A DNA stretch of 64,000 bases from the NCBI RefSeq assembly GCF_003918875.1, contig NW_025766981.1, positions 682,001 through 746,000 of the forward strand, in the 5' to 3' direction. Positions 38,763 through 53,300 of this stretch are shown piece by piece. The stretch is from Haliotis rubra. Lineage: Eukaryota. A model generated the notes under the pieces. The model was not told where the DNA came from. It did no database searches and was given only the letters and a program-made list of their open reading frames with translations. The first letter of the stretch is position 1. Every line of letters begins with the position of its first letter. The translations under genes and the position numbers were made by a program.

Positions 38763-38907
38763 GGCAACCACCAAGTAAAAATAAAACAACACGAAATATT
38801 TGGGGAACAGACCAAAGACATTTTGATGAGGACATGTAAAGATTTAAGCAAATAGGAGATATTTGGGGCAATGCATTTATGTGAACTGATCTGGTGTCTG
38901 ATAAAAC

Positions 38908-39102
38908 TGATCTTCAGCAACCTTTGCTTGTCGTAAGAGGCGACTAACGGGATTATGGTTGACACATGTCATCGTATCCCAATTGCGTAGATCGATGTTA
39001 ATACTGTTGCTCACTGGATTGTCTGGTCCAGACTCGATTATTTACAGACCGCCGCCATATAGCTGGAATATTGCTGAGTGTGGCGTAAAACTAAACTCAC
39101 TC
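38908..39102 (+). mobile_element. SINE family B, 5'-truncated
   Basis: Homologous body and tail. Confidence 0.7.
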
Positions 39103-39344
39103 TTTTCCCTATCAGTTCCATACTTCTTGTGTCCTCCGCCGGACTATTGCTAGAATAATGCTAAAAGCGGCGTAAAACCATACTCACTCACTCATTTCAG
39201 GATATTGAGCCATCCAATATTTACCAACAGATACAACAGAAAAGGAGAATAAAAACAAGATCCTGATTCTCGGGGGGATGCTGAAAGAACGTGCATTTGA
39301 ATCAGGATGCCGATGTTGCAGCATTTTGAAGCGATTCAGTGTGG

Positions 39345-39692
39345 TGAGGTGAGGTGAAATTGGGTTTAACGTCGTGCTTGAGAATATTTCGCTCATATGA
39401 CGACGTGCATGCGTGTGTATGTGTATATGCGGCTGCTTGCACTAGCCCAGAATGAAGCTGATTTTAATAGTGCTAGCCCACTGAGATACCATGCCGCAGT
39501 GAAGCCCCACTCAGACACATTATACTGACTCCGAGCCGACCAGTCCTTGTTGTACCCATTAATGCCGAGCGCCATGCAGCGACCAACAAGTACCATCATT
39601 TAACGTCTTTTGGTATGACACAGTCGGGGATCGAACCCGCGAACTTCCGCTCTCCGGGCGGACGCTCTAACCACTAAACCACGGAGGCGGCC
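39345..39692 (-). mobile_element. tRNA-derived SINE family D (Meta/MESC-like central domain), (cacct)n tail, 13-bp TSD
   Basis: TSD cgattcagtgtgg at 39332-39344 and 39693-39705; A and B boxes on the minus strand; empty paralogous sites at ~21047 and ~31051. The domain name is from recall and unverified. Confidence 0.8.
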
Positions 39693-40617
39693 CGATTCAG
39701 TGTGGAGCTTTGGAGTCACATATCCTACCCTGCATACGTTTGGGTGTATTTAGTAGGATAATATTGCATATTCTGTTCCAGCCATCCTATGCACAAAATT
39801 CAAAGAGATTCATACGCAACTGATGGAGGAAGTTAAGGCCCCTGCACCAACAGGAATGGCCAGGCGGTACCACACTTTGCACATAAGGACTTCGGCATTG
39901 TCTTATTTAATTAATTAAGAACTTGTTTAATAAGGAGAAACACTAAAGTGTTGTCCCATAATATTTCTATTTTATGCATTAGCCAGTGAAATATATCAGC
40001 CAACATACATGCATTAAGAGAAGGCAAATCTTAAGTGTAATTCCCGAACAATGTACACTGTTTAAGAGTCTTTCTATAAACGTTCACTTGCCAAGGTGAA
40101 GGTCACCGGGAGACACTCCCTGTAGGTATCGAAAAATAACATTCAGTTCTGATTCCACGTCAGCCAATCAGAAAATAGGATAATACAAATACTTTGTAAT
40201 TAAATTCCAATATAGCTATGCATCCACGAGACCATTCCCTCCACAGTTTAGTTAGCCTCACATGTTTATCTAATCAGTGGCATTTCATATTTCAACACAG
40301 CTAAGTTGTTCATAAGTAACAAAAGGTATAATTACGACAGTTTTCCAAACAATATAATTAATAGTATTATTTTAACATTTTTCAACCCTAACAGCAATAA
40401 TTCCACAATGCCATATCACGAGGGACAGTGAATCACGGGTCGTCACACAACTGATTATCTGAGGTATCGTAGTTGTCTCATATCTCACACATACTAAGTT
40501 TATCAGCGTCACTGCATGCATTGGACACGAATTACGACAATAGGCTACAGGTCATTGACTTGGAGCAAGTGAAGCAAGGTGGACCACAATATCTTGGTTG
40601 CATGATACTTGACAAAC

Positions 40618-43590
40618 ATGGAGTCTACTCCTCTTCTGGGAAACAACGACAAAGAAGAGAAGTCTAAACTGGGAAATCTACTCAAGGCAAACCTTGTGTT
40701 TCTTGCTTTCCATTTGGCCATCAATGTCCGTAATCCACTGTTAACGCAATACCTGTACAAGAGGTACTACGATGAGGAGTTCGATAACAGCACTGGGTCT
40801 ACCAACACTCCAAATCAAACATCCAAGTGTTATGTCAATGAGTCGGATCCAGGATATATGTTACAGGAAAGGGTTCAGGAAAAGACATCGGATATTCAAA
40901 CTTTAATCACAGTCATCGGAAGCTCCGGAGCACTAGTCAGCTGCATGTTTCTTGGAGCATATTCTGATTTTCTTGGTCGACGATTCCTCTTCATAGTACC
41001 TTTGGTCGGCCTGGTTCTGAAGTTTTGGCTATTTTCAGGTGTTATTTACTGGAATCTAGATCTGAGTTACATGTACATTGGTGAGGTGTTTGAAGGTATT
41101 TCAGGGGGATATAATGGTGTCATTCTGGCCAGTTATGCCTACACGGCTGACAATACACCACCTAAGAACTCCAGGACAGTTGGCATCGCTTTGATAGATT
41201 TCACCACCTACCTCGCAACCGCAGCTTCCCAAGTTATTACTGGATACTTCATCAAAGACCTAGGTTACCTCTACCCGTCTATAACTACTGCTTCGCTAAT
41301 GCTTCTGTCACTAATCCTTGTCGTTGTTCTTCTCCCGGAAACTATCAACAAAGATAGAAGATCCCAGTACCCGACACCTGTGAAAGCAGTCAAAAATGTC
41401 TTCGGATTCTACTTTTCGAAAGACTTTGGTCCAAAGAGGTGTCTTTTTTGGCTCTCACTTTCATCATATTTCATATTATATTTTAGTCAGGCCGGTGTGT
41501 ATTTTGTTGAATACCTTTTTCAACTGAACCTGCCTTTCTGTTGGGGACCAGAACTCATCGGCTATTTCAATTTGGCGTTGGCCCTTTCCAGGCAATTTCT
41601 TGGAATTCCAGTCATCAAACTTCTCCATCTGTGCACCTCAGATCCAGGAATAGGCATCATAGCATCTGTCATTCAGACAGGAGCCTATGTCCTACATGGG
41701 TTGGCCAACACTGACCTCATGCTTTTCATGTGTAAGTCACCATTCAGTAAGGAACGCGAATAAATATCTTCACTGTAATAACTTTAAGTTAACTCACAGA
41801 GATGGCCTCACAGGGTTTTTGACAAAAGTGTGACAATAAGCTGATGACCCGATACCTTGTCATTGATATATCATTCTACAAAAAGAATATATACATATTA
41901 GTTGGTCTTTGGTTTTGTTTAAAGAGGATTGTTTGTTGCAGTTGTTTTACCGAATGGTATTGCAGCTCCTCTGTTGCCGGCTCTGCGGGCTGTCATGTCG
42001 AGGATGGCCCCTCCTGAAATGCAGGGTGAGTATGCAGAGAACTAAAGATGGACAGTGTCAGGCTTGTAAAGAGTAAGTTCGAAAGACCGGATATTCCATG
42101 AGCGTCAGGCAAAAAATCCTTCCATTTTAAAGCAAAATGTGTGAATGACGGGTGCTACCGGTAGGGCATGACATGCTTTCCCTTTTTGCGAACGGTTGAT
42201 GTTATTGATCCATTCACATACTTCTCACAGCTATTTCTTCCTTTTTCCCCAAAGCAATATGTTTTTTGAAGATAGTCAAGACTGGGTATTCTTTTGCATT
42301 GACGTCCTATATTTGACATTCAGATGCATATGGCAAAACCAGATAAAGAGATGGGTAGTTTTGTTGTAATGAATCGTGTGTAGTAAGTAAGTGAACAGTG
42401 ACGATCACGGTGATATATAATCGAAGTCTCCATAATCATTAGAAATCGCCACTGTTCGATTTCCCTTACATCATTAGCATGTGTTTTTGAAACGCTATCA
42501 AATAGTGATTGTAACATGAAACGATAAGAAGATCTTGATCCATTCGTGAACATTGATTTCAGGATCGCTGTTTGCGGGTATCGGACTTGTGAACATCATC
42601 TCATCAGGTACAGGGGTAACAGTTTTCAACGAGATGTATAATGCCACTGTGAAGATGCTCCGTGGTTTTGTCTTCTTCGTCTGTGCGGGATGCCAACTGT
42701 TGGCTGGAGTTATCATAGTGTGAGTACAGGTCTTGAACATTCAGAAATCCATAGCACCGGCGTAATGATGGTTCCCTGTCTAAGTTCTGTATTTTTGCAT
42801 GGTAAGAGTTCTCATTGGTCGTGACATGTGTTGTTGAGTTGACGTTGACAGGTGCAGTAAATAGGGTACCAAAGGTATCCAGAAGAATGGTTAGAATAAC
42901 TGTTCAGCATAAGTGCATGTCATTCGTAACTACTCGCCTCTTTCCGTGACCTACAAGAAGACTCGTACCTGTATAGTACGCCATTATTGACAAGAATCCT
43001 GGCAAACAATCAAATCACGCGTAGCAAAATGTGAAATGTAGTCAAATAGTTTCTTTGCGATTATCGATTCTCATTATCATTTCCGTGATTATGAAATTAT
43101 CGTGTTATTGATATTTGTTAGCGACATAAGAAACTTACTTAAAGTGACTTTTGTGTTGTATCATAAATTAATTGGCGTTTTCTAAGAGTAGCCATGTTTG
43201 GAAATTCAGAGTTATCTTTCCTTGGAAATAGTCCTAGACTATTTTCATCACCGTGCCCATTTGAGCTCAGACAAGGCCCAGTCGTGAACATTGTGACGAG
43301 AGGAGTACGAGTCGCCATCCGGCGTGCCGGAATGACACGAGTAGTTACGAATGCAGTACATGTGCCTATAGAGATAAATCGGAAATACTAAAATTCACTT
43401 TTGCCTCATTGTGTCAGAAAAGAAAAGGCTAAGATGATGAACAAAAGATATTCATGTTTGCAGAGTGTTCTTGTATACATCACGCAGCGTCCCTGACAAA
43501 GATTCATCAGCTGTTGTCATCAACGACAGCAACTGGAAGCCAGACCCCATCGTCACAAAGGACAAGTCTATCACCGACACGACGATGTAG
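40618..43590 (+). CDS. SLC46A3-like: SLC46-family transporter copy 5; join(40618-41731,41942-42025,42563-42719,43464-43590), 493 aa
   Basis: Intact spliced frame ending ...KDKSITDTTM*; all family motifs present. Confidence 0.9.
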
Positions 43591-44344
43591 CGTCCATGGC
43601 TGATGTTTCAGAGCTTTTGTATAATGCTGATACGGAAGCATTACTCTTGAAATGAACCTGTCCAATACAGGGACCATATCCTAGTCCGGAAAACCTGCGT
43701 TTCTGAACAAAACGTTTTATGTACGGTCGAACACCACAACTTCTTGTCCGTTTTGGACATAGGGTATGTGTAGTGACCGTAGCAGAGGGATTCTGATATT
43801 AAGTGCCATGACGAGATTGTTGTGAACGCATCATTTCAAAACTTGAAACAGACAAAAATGACATGATCAATATTGATTTGAGTAATACTGAGGTCATTTT
43901 CTGATCTTTGTTGATATTGACTCAATCAAGTTCTTAACTTGAGGCCTTAATTGGAACATGTATTACGGCATCCATAATTTGTGTTAGAGTTATTGTGTGT
44001 GCGTTAGCTAACACTGACGTCATTTGTTAGCAAATTGCAGACCACAGATTGGACCTACAACTACATTATTTTGAAATCTGCAAATGGAATCTGTCAGTGT
44101 CTCACACAATGTATATTGACATGTTTTAAATTGCGACACTATCTCTGTGACATTCCAAATACTGACTTCGGTCCAATAAACTGAAAATGTTGAAGACGTC
44201 ACGGTATTTCTTTGAACAAGATGTAATCAGTGTAGATTTCAAATATGCCATGTGTGAGGAGCTCGTGATAGAGTTACCTCCCGTCAACTTAACATCTATC
44301 TCCCTTTATCATATTTCTCTTCGGCCTCAAGGCGACCATATGAT

Positions 44345-44560
44345 TTTGTTTATTGTTTAACGCGGCATTCAGCAATATTCAAGTTATATGAGGGTGGTCT
44401 GTAAATAACCGAGTCAGACAATCCAGTGATCAGCATGAGCATCGATCTACACAGTTGGGATACGATGAAATGTGTCAACCAAGTCAGCGATCCCGTTAGT
44501 CGCCTCTTATGACAAGCATGGGTTGCTGAAGACCAATTCTAACCCACATCTTCACAGGTC
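44345..44560 (-). mobile_element. SINE family B
   Basis: Reverse complement, with internal deletions. Confidence 0.7.
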
Positions 44561-45167
44561 GCGACCACAAGGGGCTGATTTAGCAGCCCACTGAACCTGA
44601 TGTAATTAGTGTACCGACGCCGAATAATCTGCCTTAGCATAGGTATTTTGCTCCTTTGTCAATCTCAATCACAGTTCAATCCATTTCAATTGACATGTAA
44701 TTGCTACAATAAGAACGTAAGTAGGGAACAGTTAGGGTGCAATCTTGAACCACTTTGAATTTGAAAACGAAAGTAAAGTCATCTGAGAAATAATCGTTAG
44801 TTTTTGACTATGATAACATTCTCAAAAATATTTATTCCCATACATCTGGGGTGAATGAGAAAGAGTGTTAAGATTTTACACTTTTTGATCATGGAAGCTT
44901 ACACACTGGGAGGGGTAATATTCCTAGGGGGTAATGAAATGGTTGAAATAGCAGCATAGCTGCAACATTGGTAAAATGGCAGCAAAATAGTCCAATAACC
45001 ACAGAGGCATGTCGCTTTTAAGCACTTTTAGGAAGTGATATACATCCATACTGAAATATACTTTATCATTTTGGGCCGAATGATACCAGAAGGTTGGTTT
45101 TAGGGAAGTTTATAGCACAACAGATAACCTGTACATATTACAGTCTGATAACTGTCAAAGGAGTGGG

Positions 45168-45232
45168 CTCAAGCACGACGTACAACCCAATTTCACCTCA
45201 CCTCACCTCACCTCACCTCACCTCACCTCACC
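45168..45232 (+). mobile_element. Severely 5'-truncated SINE family D with TSD tcaaaggagtggg
   Basis: Tail fragment plus (cacct)n between 13-bp direct repeats. Confidence 0.7.
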
Positions 45233-45379
45233 TCAAAGGAGTGGGATTAACTGTACAGAGTATTAGCGGACTTTGGAAATGCATCGACTTTGCCCGCCTA
45301 TCCAAATTATGGTATATTTTTAAGTTTAAGAGCATTTCCCACAGAAATGTTAAATGCACTCAGATCAATAAATAGTTGT

Positions 45380-45910
45380 GTGAAAGGTGGTGTAAGAGAC
45401 AATAAATACTCTCAGACGTATTCAACTGCCCACCTTGCGTAAGGCAAGGGTGTCTACCTAGCCCATTACTATTTTTACTTTTTATAAATGAATTAGCTTT
45501 AGACTAAGTTGAATCGACACGAGCACTTGTATGCATTTACACCCTGATAGCCTATTATTCCCTAAGATATTGTAATCATTGCTTACACTGTTTATGGCCT
45601 GCAGAAGCACACGGGAGCTTTTAATTCAACCGTATTATTTAATCGTAAATCTAGACAAAACTAAAACTGTTGTATTAAAAATGGTGGCATGTTATATAAG
45701 CATGAGATATGGTATTCCAATTACCATGGAATGTGATCAACTTGAATGTGTTACTTTCTATAAATATCTAGGTGTGTTATTTGCAAGATCACTATCATGA
45801 ACTGCTCGTGGGACGAATGAAGAAAATACTTTAAGGTGTTCTTAAATCTTTAAACATGTTCAAATATTATCCATATGAGTTAAAATAATTAAAATATTTG
45901 ATACTTAGAA
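45380..45910 (+). mobile_element. Degenerate non-LTR (CR1/L2-like) reverse transcriptase remnant
   Basis: VRQGCLPSPLLFLLFINEL at ~45440, VNLDKTK, FYKYLGV motifs with stops and frameshifts. Confidence 0.75.
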
Positions 45911-46048
45911 TTATGAATACACAATGCCATTTAGAAAGTGGTCACGTGTAACATATGTTATATTGGGGATTACCTAACCTGCTCAGCCTCAGCTCACACA
46001 AAGTCCGTAGTCTAGACTACCAGATTTCCGACTTCCATTTTTGTGGAA

Positions 46049-46260
46049 GCCGCGGTGGCCGAGCGGGTTAGGCGCCTGACTGGCGATTATGTGCCTGACT
46101 CTGAGGGTGTGGGTTCGAATCCCGGATGGGACTCAACCCAACAAAAGATACAAGAATCTGTACTTTACTAAACAAATCCAAAATTTAACATATGTTATAC
46201 CAATATTATCTGGGGTGTTGAAAACCATGAAGAAATTGAAACTGTTCATATGTATACGGG
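46049..46260 (+). mobile_element. tRNA-headed SINE-like fragment
   Basis: A box ggtggccgagcggg, B box ggttcgaatcc; a related fragment lies at ~9800-9900. Confidence 0.5.
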
Positions 46261-47048
46261 GTTTTTTGTGTGTAAAGTAATCAACCTCTAACCATGTAGT
46301 CAGATGTGAGTGCGGAAAGTACCCAATGTAGTCATTGTTAAGTACACTTACTACTGTGCCACATTTTACATTTGTGAGAAAATGCAACAATCATGGAAAC
46401 ATGGGTTCCAAAAAATATATATAGTATTTCCTTTGGGCTACATGTGGGAGCAGCTTAGAGTGAAGTTATTTCTCTTAAATTTGAATATACCTGTCAAAAT
46501 AAATCTAATAATGGGCTACTCCGTAAGAATAGATAATGACAAATCAAATTTAGCCACACTCAAACTTGTATCAAACGTCTAAAGTATCATTTCAGTACAA
46601 TTTCTTCGAGATATGAAGTGAGAAATATTGCTATCAATATGTGGTGCTTCTACCATGTACACAGTAGCTTTACGCAATGCACATCTGTGTGAACCACGAG
46701 TCTTGGAGACGATCATGTCGGGAATATAATGAACGTCGTTTGCGAAAACGGTGTCCTACTTTGGCGTATCTTTCCTCCTATATGGAAGCAATCCACGCGA
46801 CTTTCCTCAACGTTTAATAATCCCAACGATGCGGCAGTGTCAACCCTTCACCTGTGCAGAATATGGATAGATTCGCTAGTAACTAACTCGCTACTTACTG
46901 TATGAATCCCTCCTGCAACATGACTCATTTGCATATAAAATGATAATCTTAAATTCCATCCAGGCAGTGTTCCATTCACAGGAGTAATGCGGTTTTCATC
47001 GATTTCCGTTTGTCTGTTTACACAACAAATTTAACTACGTGTAATATA

Positions 47049-47173
47049 TACTCATTCCAATAATGGTTGTCACCCCCCCCGACCCCAACCCCACACACAC
47101 CTCACATCCCACCCCACACCCCCTCTCCAATTAAACAAATTGAAGGGGGTGACAACCATTATTGGCATGAGTA
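47049..47173. mobile_element. Tc1/mariner-type MITE, same family as 34772
   Basis: ~29-bp TIR tactcattccaataatggttgtcaccccc, TA flanks. Confidence 0.75.
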
Positions 47174-47781
47174 TATAAATATGTTATATATCCATATTTG
47201 TTACTTAACGTTCATTAGATCATAACGATGCAAATGTCGTCTACGTTTTTGTCTGAAATTCAACAACAGAGTATGCAAAGTAAATATTCGAAATTTTCGT
47301 TCATTCCAATATAGAAATATCATCTGTGTGATTCATTGTACAGATTAGCTGATGATAACTGCCATGAATGTGTGATCCTCGCGTGATTATCGCTATATTT
47401 ATCTGAAGGTCACAAGAGGTTGTTCTTGATCCACAATGAGTTGACATATCCACATAGATTGTCAAAAAGGAATGATTCTTAGCAACTAAAGATTTTCATT
47501 AAAATACCGTTCCAATCAAAATAATGATAGAAACAAACTAACAATACCACAATGAACATCTTTTGTTCACACAGCCAAATCGTGAAGGAAGTCGGATCAC
47601 GCGATCATCATACAATTGATTATCTTAAGTATTATCATAAACTCTGACCTTTTGGTCCGCATGTCACACATACCAAGTCAGGGTCATATCCTGGACACTG
47701 GCAACAGGCTACAGAGCATTTACTCGTAGCAGGTGAAGCAAGGTGGACCACAATATCTTGGTTGCATGATACTGGGCAAAC

Positions 47782-50700
47782 ATGGAGTCTACTCCTCTTC
47801 TTGAAAACAAGGATAAAGAAGACAAGTCAAAACTTGGAAATCTACTCAAAGCCAACCTTGTGTTTATTGTTTTCCATTTGGCAATCAACATTCGTAATCC
47901 TCTGTTAACGCAATACCTTTACAAGAGGTACTACGATGAGGAGTTCGATAACAGCACCGTATTTTCCAAGACTCGGAACCAAACATCCAAGTGTTACGTC
48001 AATAAGTCGGATCCAGGATACCTGTTACAGGAAAAGGTTCAGGATCTTACTTCCAACTGTCAGACAATACTGACTGCCATTGGATACTCCGGAGCAGTAA
48101 TCAGCTGTATGTTTCTGGGAGCATATTCTGATTTCCTTGGTCGACGGTTCCTCTTTGTGGTACCATTAATCGGAGAGGTTCTGAAGTTTTGGTTGCTGAC
48201 AGTTGTTATTTACTGGAATCTAGATCTGAGGTACCTTTACATTGGTGAGGTGTTTGAAGGAATTACAGGGGGATACAATGGTGTGATTCTGGCTAGCTAT
48301 GCCTACACGGCTGACAACACACCACCTAAGAATTCCCGGACACTTGGCATCGCTGTGATAGATTTCTCTGCCTACTTGGCGGCTGCGGTTTCTTCGGTCG
48401 TTACCGGATTCTTCATCAAAGACCTAGGTTACCTCTACCCGTCCATAACTACGGCTTCACTCATGCTTCTAGCACTAATCCTTGTCGTTGTTCTTCTCCC
48501 TGAAACTATCGACTCAGATAGAAGATCCCAATACCCATCTCCGGGGAAGGCAGTAAAAAATGTCTTCGGATTCTACTTTTCGAAAGGTTTTGGACCAAAG
48601 AGAAGGCTTTTCTGGCTCTCACTGGCGTCGTATTTCATATTATATTTCAGTCAGCGTGGTGTAAATTATATTGAATACCTTTTCCAACTGAACTTGCCTT
48701 TCTGTTGGGGGCCAGAACTCATTGGCTATTTCAATATGGCGTTTTCCCTCTCTCGACAATTACTTGGAATTCCAGTCATCAAACTTCTCTATCTGTGCAC
48801 CTCAGACCCAGGAATATGCATCATTACATCTGTTATTCAGGCAGGAGCCTATGTCCTTCACGGATTCGCCAACACTGACCTCATGCTCTTCATGTGTAAG
48901 TCGACCCGTGAAGATCCGGGTTAGAATTGGTCTTCAGCAACTTATATTTGTCTTAAGAGGCGTCTGGGAGTGGGTGTTTAGCCTCATCTACTTAGTTTGA
49001 TGTACGGAGTAAAAGGTGAATAACGGGACCGGGTGGTCAGGTTCGCTGACTTGGCTGACACATGTCATCGTATCCCAGTTGCGCAGATCGATGCTCATCA
49101 AGATGATCACTGGATTGTCTGGTCCAGACTCGATTATTTAAAGACCGCCTCCATACAACTTGAATATTGCTGAGTGCGGCGTAAAACTAAACTCACTCAC
49201 TCATAAAGTCTGTGAATATGAATAGCGTGGTCCAGACTCAATTATTTCCGGAGGTCGCCATATAGCTGAAATATTGCTGAGCCGCTAGGTCACCTCTGAC
49301 TTCGCAGTAACGAAAATGAATGAACACAGTAAATATCATAACGTTTGCAAAAGCACTTCTGGTTATTTTACAAGAGTTTACTTAAGTTATGGATAATTAG
49401 TATTGGTATATCATTTTACGTATTTAGAACAAACGCTATATACTGATATTTTAATATTTGATCCTGTATAATGATTATTCCTATTCCTGTTGCAGTTCTT
49501 GTACCAAATGGTATTGCCGCCCCTCTGATGCCAGCACTGCGAGCTATCATGTCGCGGACAGCTCCTGCTGAAATGCAGGGTAAGTAGCTATAATCGTTGA
49601 CGTCATCTTTCATCTTCCTCCATTCGCAGTATTGTTTATGACGTTATTCCCAGGTGTATTCTACACTCATTAGGATAGAATCGACGAGTTCAGCTTCATC
49701 GTAAGCATCTTATTATCAATCAGCATCAAATGGTAATGATACCAGATGGTCGCGATACGGTGAGGGCATCCTTTCTCAGTGTTTGAATGTCAAATCTGAA
49801 AAAGTCATTCTATTCCCTGTGTACAAACCACGCTTTACCAGAAATATATTTGCGTAGAGTGAGTGAGCGAGTTTAGTTTTACGCCGCTTATAGCAATATT
49901 CCAGCAGAATCACTGCGGACGATCACCAGAAATGGGTTTCACACATTGTACCTTGTGGGGAATCGAAACCGAATCTTCACGAGCGAACCTTTTAACCACT
50001 AGGCTTCCCCTCCGCCCTGATGGTAACGGAACCATGTATGAGAATCGGAGAATTTCTTTTTTATCTTTCTTGTAATGAAAACGGTTTGATGTTTCACCAT
50101 GTGCTCCGTTCAAAGAAAAGAAAAACATTTCGACATTGAGGTGAAACATTCCAAATACTGATCTCAAGTTAGATCTGTTTTTCGTCTTGTGGTTGTTCTT
50201 CCCAACTAGATGTTGTGTATTAAAAGTTAGAATATTGATTTCAGGATCTCTATTTGCCGGTATCGGACTTGTGAACATCATATCGGAAGGTACAGGGGTA
50301 ACAGTTTTCAACGAGATGTATGATGGCACTGTGAAGATGCTCCGTGGTTTTGTCTTCTTCGTCTGTGCGGGATGCCAACTGTTGGCTGGAGTTATCATAG
50401 TGTGAGTATATATCCAGATGTGGGTCCAGGAGGTCCATAGCCAACCGGAAATTCAGACCTATTGGGGTCTGTATGGGGTCCAGGAGATCCATAGCCATCT
50501 GCAGCTTCAGACGTATAGGGGTCTGTATGGGGTCAAGGAGGCTCATAGCCATCCGGAGCTTCAGACGTATAGGGGTCTGTATGGGGTCCAGGAGATCCAT
50601 AGCCATCCGGAACTTCAGACGTATAGGGGTCTGTATGAGACCAGTGAGTGAGTGAGTGAGTTTAGTTTTACGCCGCACTCAGCAATATTCCAGCTATATG

Positions 50701-52306
50701 GCGGCGGTCTGTAAATAATCGAGTATGGACCAGACAATCCAGTGACCAACAGCATGAATATCGATCTGCGCAATTGGGAACCGATGACATGTGTCAACCA
50801 AGTCAGCGAGCCTGACCACCCGATCCCGTTAGTCGCCTCTTACGACAAGCATAGTCGCCTTTTGTGGCAAGCGTGGGTTGCTGAAGACCTATTCTACCCC
50901 GGATCTTCACGGGTCTGTATGAGTCTAGACGATCCATAGCCAACCGTAACTTCAGACGTATGATGATGTGCATGTCTGCATGGGGCCCAGGAGGCCCATA
51001 GCCAACCGGAACATCAGACGTATGATGGTCTGTATGGGGCCCAGGAGGTCCATAGCCAACCGGAACATCAGACGTATGGGGGTCTGTATGGGGCCCAGGA
51101 GGCTCATAGCCAACCGGAACATCAGACGTATGGGGGTTTGTATGGGGCCCAGGAGGCCCATAGCCAACCGGAACATCAGACGTATGGGGGTCTGTATGGG
51201 GCCCAGGAGGCCCATAGCCAACCGGAACATCAGACGTATGATGGTCTGTATGGGGCCCAGGAGGCCCATAGCCAACCGGAACATCAGACGTATGGGGGTC
51301 TGTATGGGGCCCAGGAGGCTCATAGCCAACCGGAACATCAGACGTATGGGGGTCTGTATGGGGCCCAGGAGGCCCATAGCCAACCGGAACATCAGACGTA
51401 TGGTGTCTGTATGGGGCCCAGGAGGCCCATAGCCAACCGGAACATCAGACGTATGGTGTCTGTATGGGGCCCAGGAGGCTCATAGCCAACCGGAACATCA
51501 GACGTATGGTGTCTGTATGGGGTCCAGGCGGCCCATAGCCAACCGGAACATCAGACGTATGGTGTCTGTATGGGGTCCAGGCGGTCCATAGCCAACCGGA
51601 ACATCAGACGTATGGTGTCTGTATGGGGTCCAGGCGGTCCATAGCCAACCGGAACATCAGACGTATGGTGTCTGTATGGGGTCCAGGCGGTCCATAGCCA
51701 ACCGGAACATCAGACGTATGGTGTCTGTATGGGGTCCAGGTGGTCCATAGCCAACCGGAACATCAGACGTATGGTGTCTGTATGGGGTCCAGGAGGCCCA
51801 TAGCCAACCGGAACTTCTGACGTGAAATGAGGTCTCCCTATTTATTATCTGTATTTTCTTGGTTTTTTAACTTTACTAACTGACCGGGTAAGAGCGACTA
51901 TCAGCGACTAAAGGGACACACGTCATCGTATCCCTACTGAGTAGAACAATGCTCGTGATGTTAGTCGCTGGATTGTTTGGTCCAGACTCGATTATATACA
52001 GACATTCTTGTGATATTGCTAGAATATTGCTGAGTGCGACGTTTAACAACAAACACTTCTTTGTCTAACAGATTGTACAAATGTTGCACTGCCATATGTT
52101 GCTGTTGTATACTTTGTAGGTTTGAAAAATATTTTGAAAATGGTGAAGATATATAATACATATCCACGTGTTACAGGGTGTTCCTGTGTGTATCTCGCCG
52201 CGTGGATGACACTGAGACCTCCACTGTTGTTGTCATCAACGAAGAAGACAGGAAACCTGTTCCCATCCTCTCCCAGGACAAACCCATCTCCGAACCGACG
52301 ACGTAG
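47782..52306 (+). CDS. SLC46A3-like: SLC46-family transporter copy 6; join(47782-48895,49496-49579,50245-50401,52177-52306), 494 aa
   Basis: Intact spliced frame ending ...QDKPISEPTT*; canonical GT-AG sites. Confidence 0.88.
48903..49204 (+). mobile_element. SINE family B, 7 nt after the intron-1 donor of copy 6
   Basis: gtaagtc|gacccgtgaagatccggg; carries an internal insertion. Confidence 0.8.
49857..50017 (-). mobile_element. SINE family A
   Basis: Reverse complement, degenerate. Confidence 0.7.
50415..51822. repeat. 54/53-bp minisatellite (~21 units) in intron 3 of copy 6
   Basis: Unit tatgggggtctgtatggggcccaggaggcccatagccaaccggaacatcagacg; interrupted by a SINE-B. Confidence 0.95.
50644..50915 (-). 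mobile_element. SINE family B inserted in a minisatellite
   Basis: Full length; flanked by tgtatgagacca / tgtatgagtcta. Confidence 0.85.
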
Positions 52307-53165
52307 CGTCCTTGGTTGACGTTGGTGACTGTTGACGACGTGTAGCAAGTAAAATCACTGTCAAAACATTCCAGTAGTCAACTTAACCAAAATGTCGAGA
52401 AATATTCCGACTGTTTCCCGATTTCTACTTCAGATGAACAATTAAATAGCCTTTACAGATGTTTATGACGGGTGCCAGCTATGGGGTAGGATACGTTCAC
52501 CATTCCGCGAAAACCTGGTATCGTCACTATAAACACAGGCGTATGATATAGTCGGAACTGAAAATCGAATCACTTTCAGCAGAGATCTTTTATATATTGT
52601 GAAAAGGCATTTTGCTACTTATACATGTAATAAACATTTCATGAACTGAGTGTTCTATGAACAAAAATAGATAAGCACACTGAAAAAACATTTAATTTTC
52701 TTGGCCCTTATGTAACGCGTTGCTGCCAGGAAGATCTTGCTTGGAAATGATGCGTCACTAAACAAAGCTTAGAATTCGTTTATCTTTCTACCGTAGCAAT
52801 ATGGAAATTACAAGATTGCCCCGTATTATTCATGCTTATGGTCAGGTGAAAGGGTGTGCTCATTGGAAAAGGAAGTGTACAAGCTTGCTAGAAACGAAAA
52901 CCTCAGCTTGATCGAGCCCAGACAATGACACCGCGGTCAGTTCACACTCCTTTGGAATGTTACAAATAATTCTAATGGTAATAAGTTAAGGACCTATAGA
53001 TTTCTTACGATGGACCTGTGTCTTACATCCATGGAAACACTGGAATATATTCTTTCACTTTTTAGGCAGTGGCAGCCTCCCCTTTAACATTTCAGAAGTG
53101 AGGTGCAGTCGACCCTCTAGGATAGGGCAGTAGAGACAGTGGATTCAGTCTATTGTAATATGTAT

Positions 53166-53300
53166 GGGGACGGCGGGGTAGCCTAATGGTTAAACGTCCT
53201 CTCGTCAAATTGAATACCCGGGTTCGATTCCCCACATGGGTACAAGGTATGAAGCCCATTTCTGGTGTCCCCTACTGTGATATTGCCATTACTCACTCAC
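53166..53300 (+). mobile_element. SINE family A
   Basis: A and B boxes; paralog at 62662-62773. Confidence 0.7.

Noticed and set aside
50250-51485. Repetitive ORFs (MFRLAMGLLGPIQTPIRL)n etc.
   Set aside because: By-product of a 54-bp unit being a multiple of 3; open in several frames on both strands and broken by 53-bp units.
50415-51822. CRISPR-like array
   Set aside because: No unique spacers, eukaryotic intron, no cas genes.
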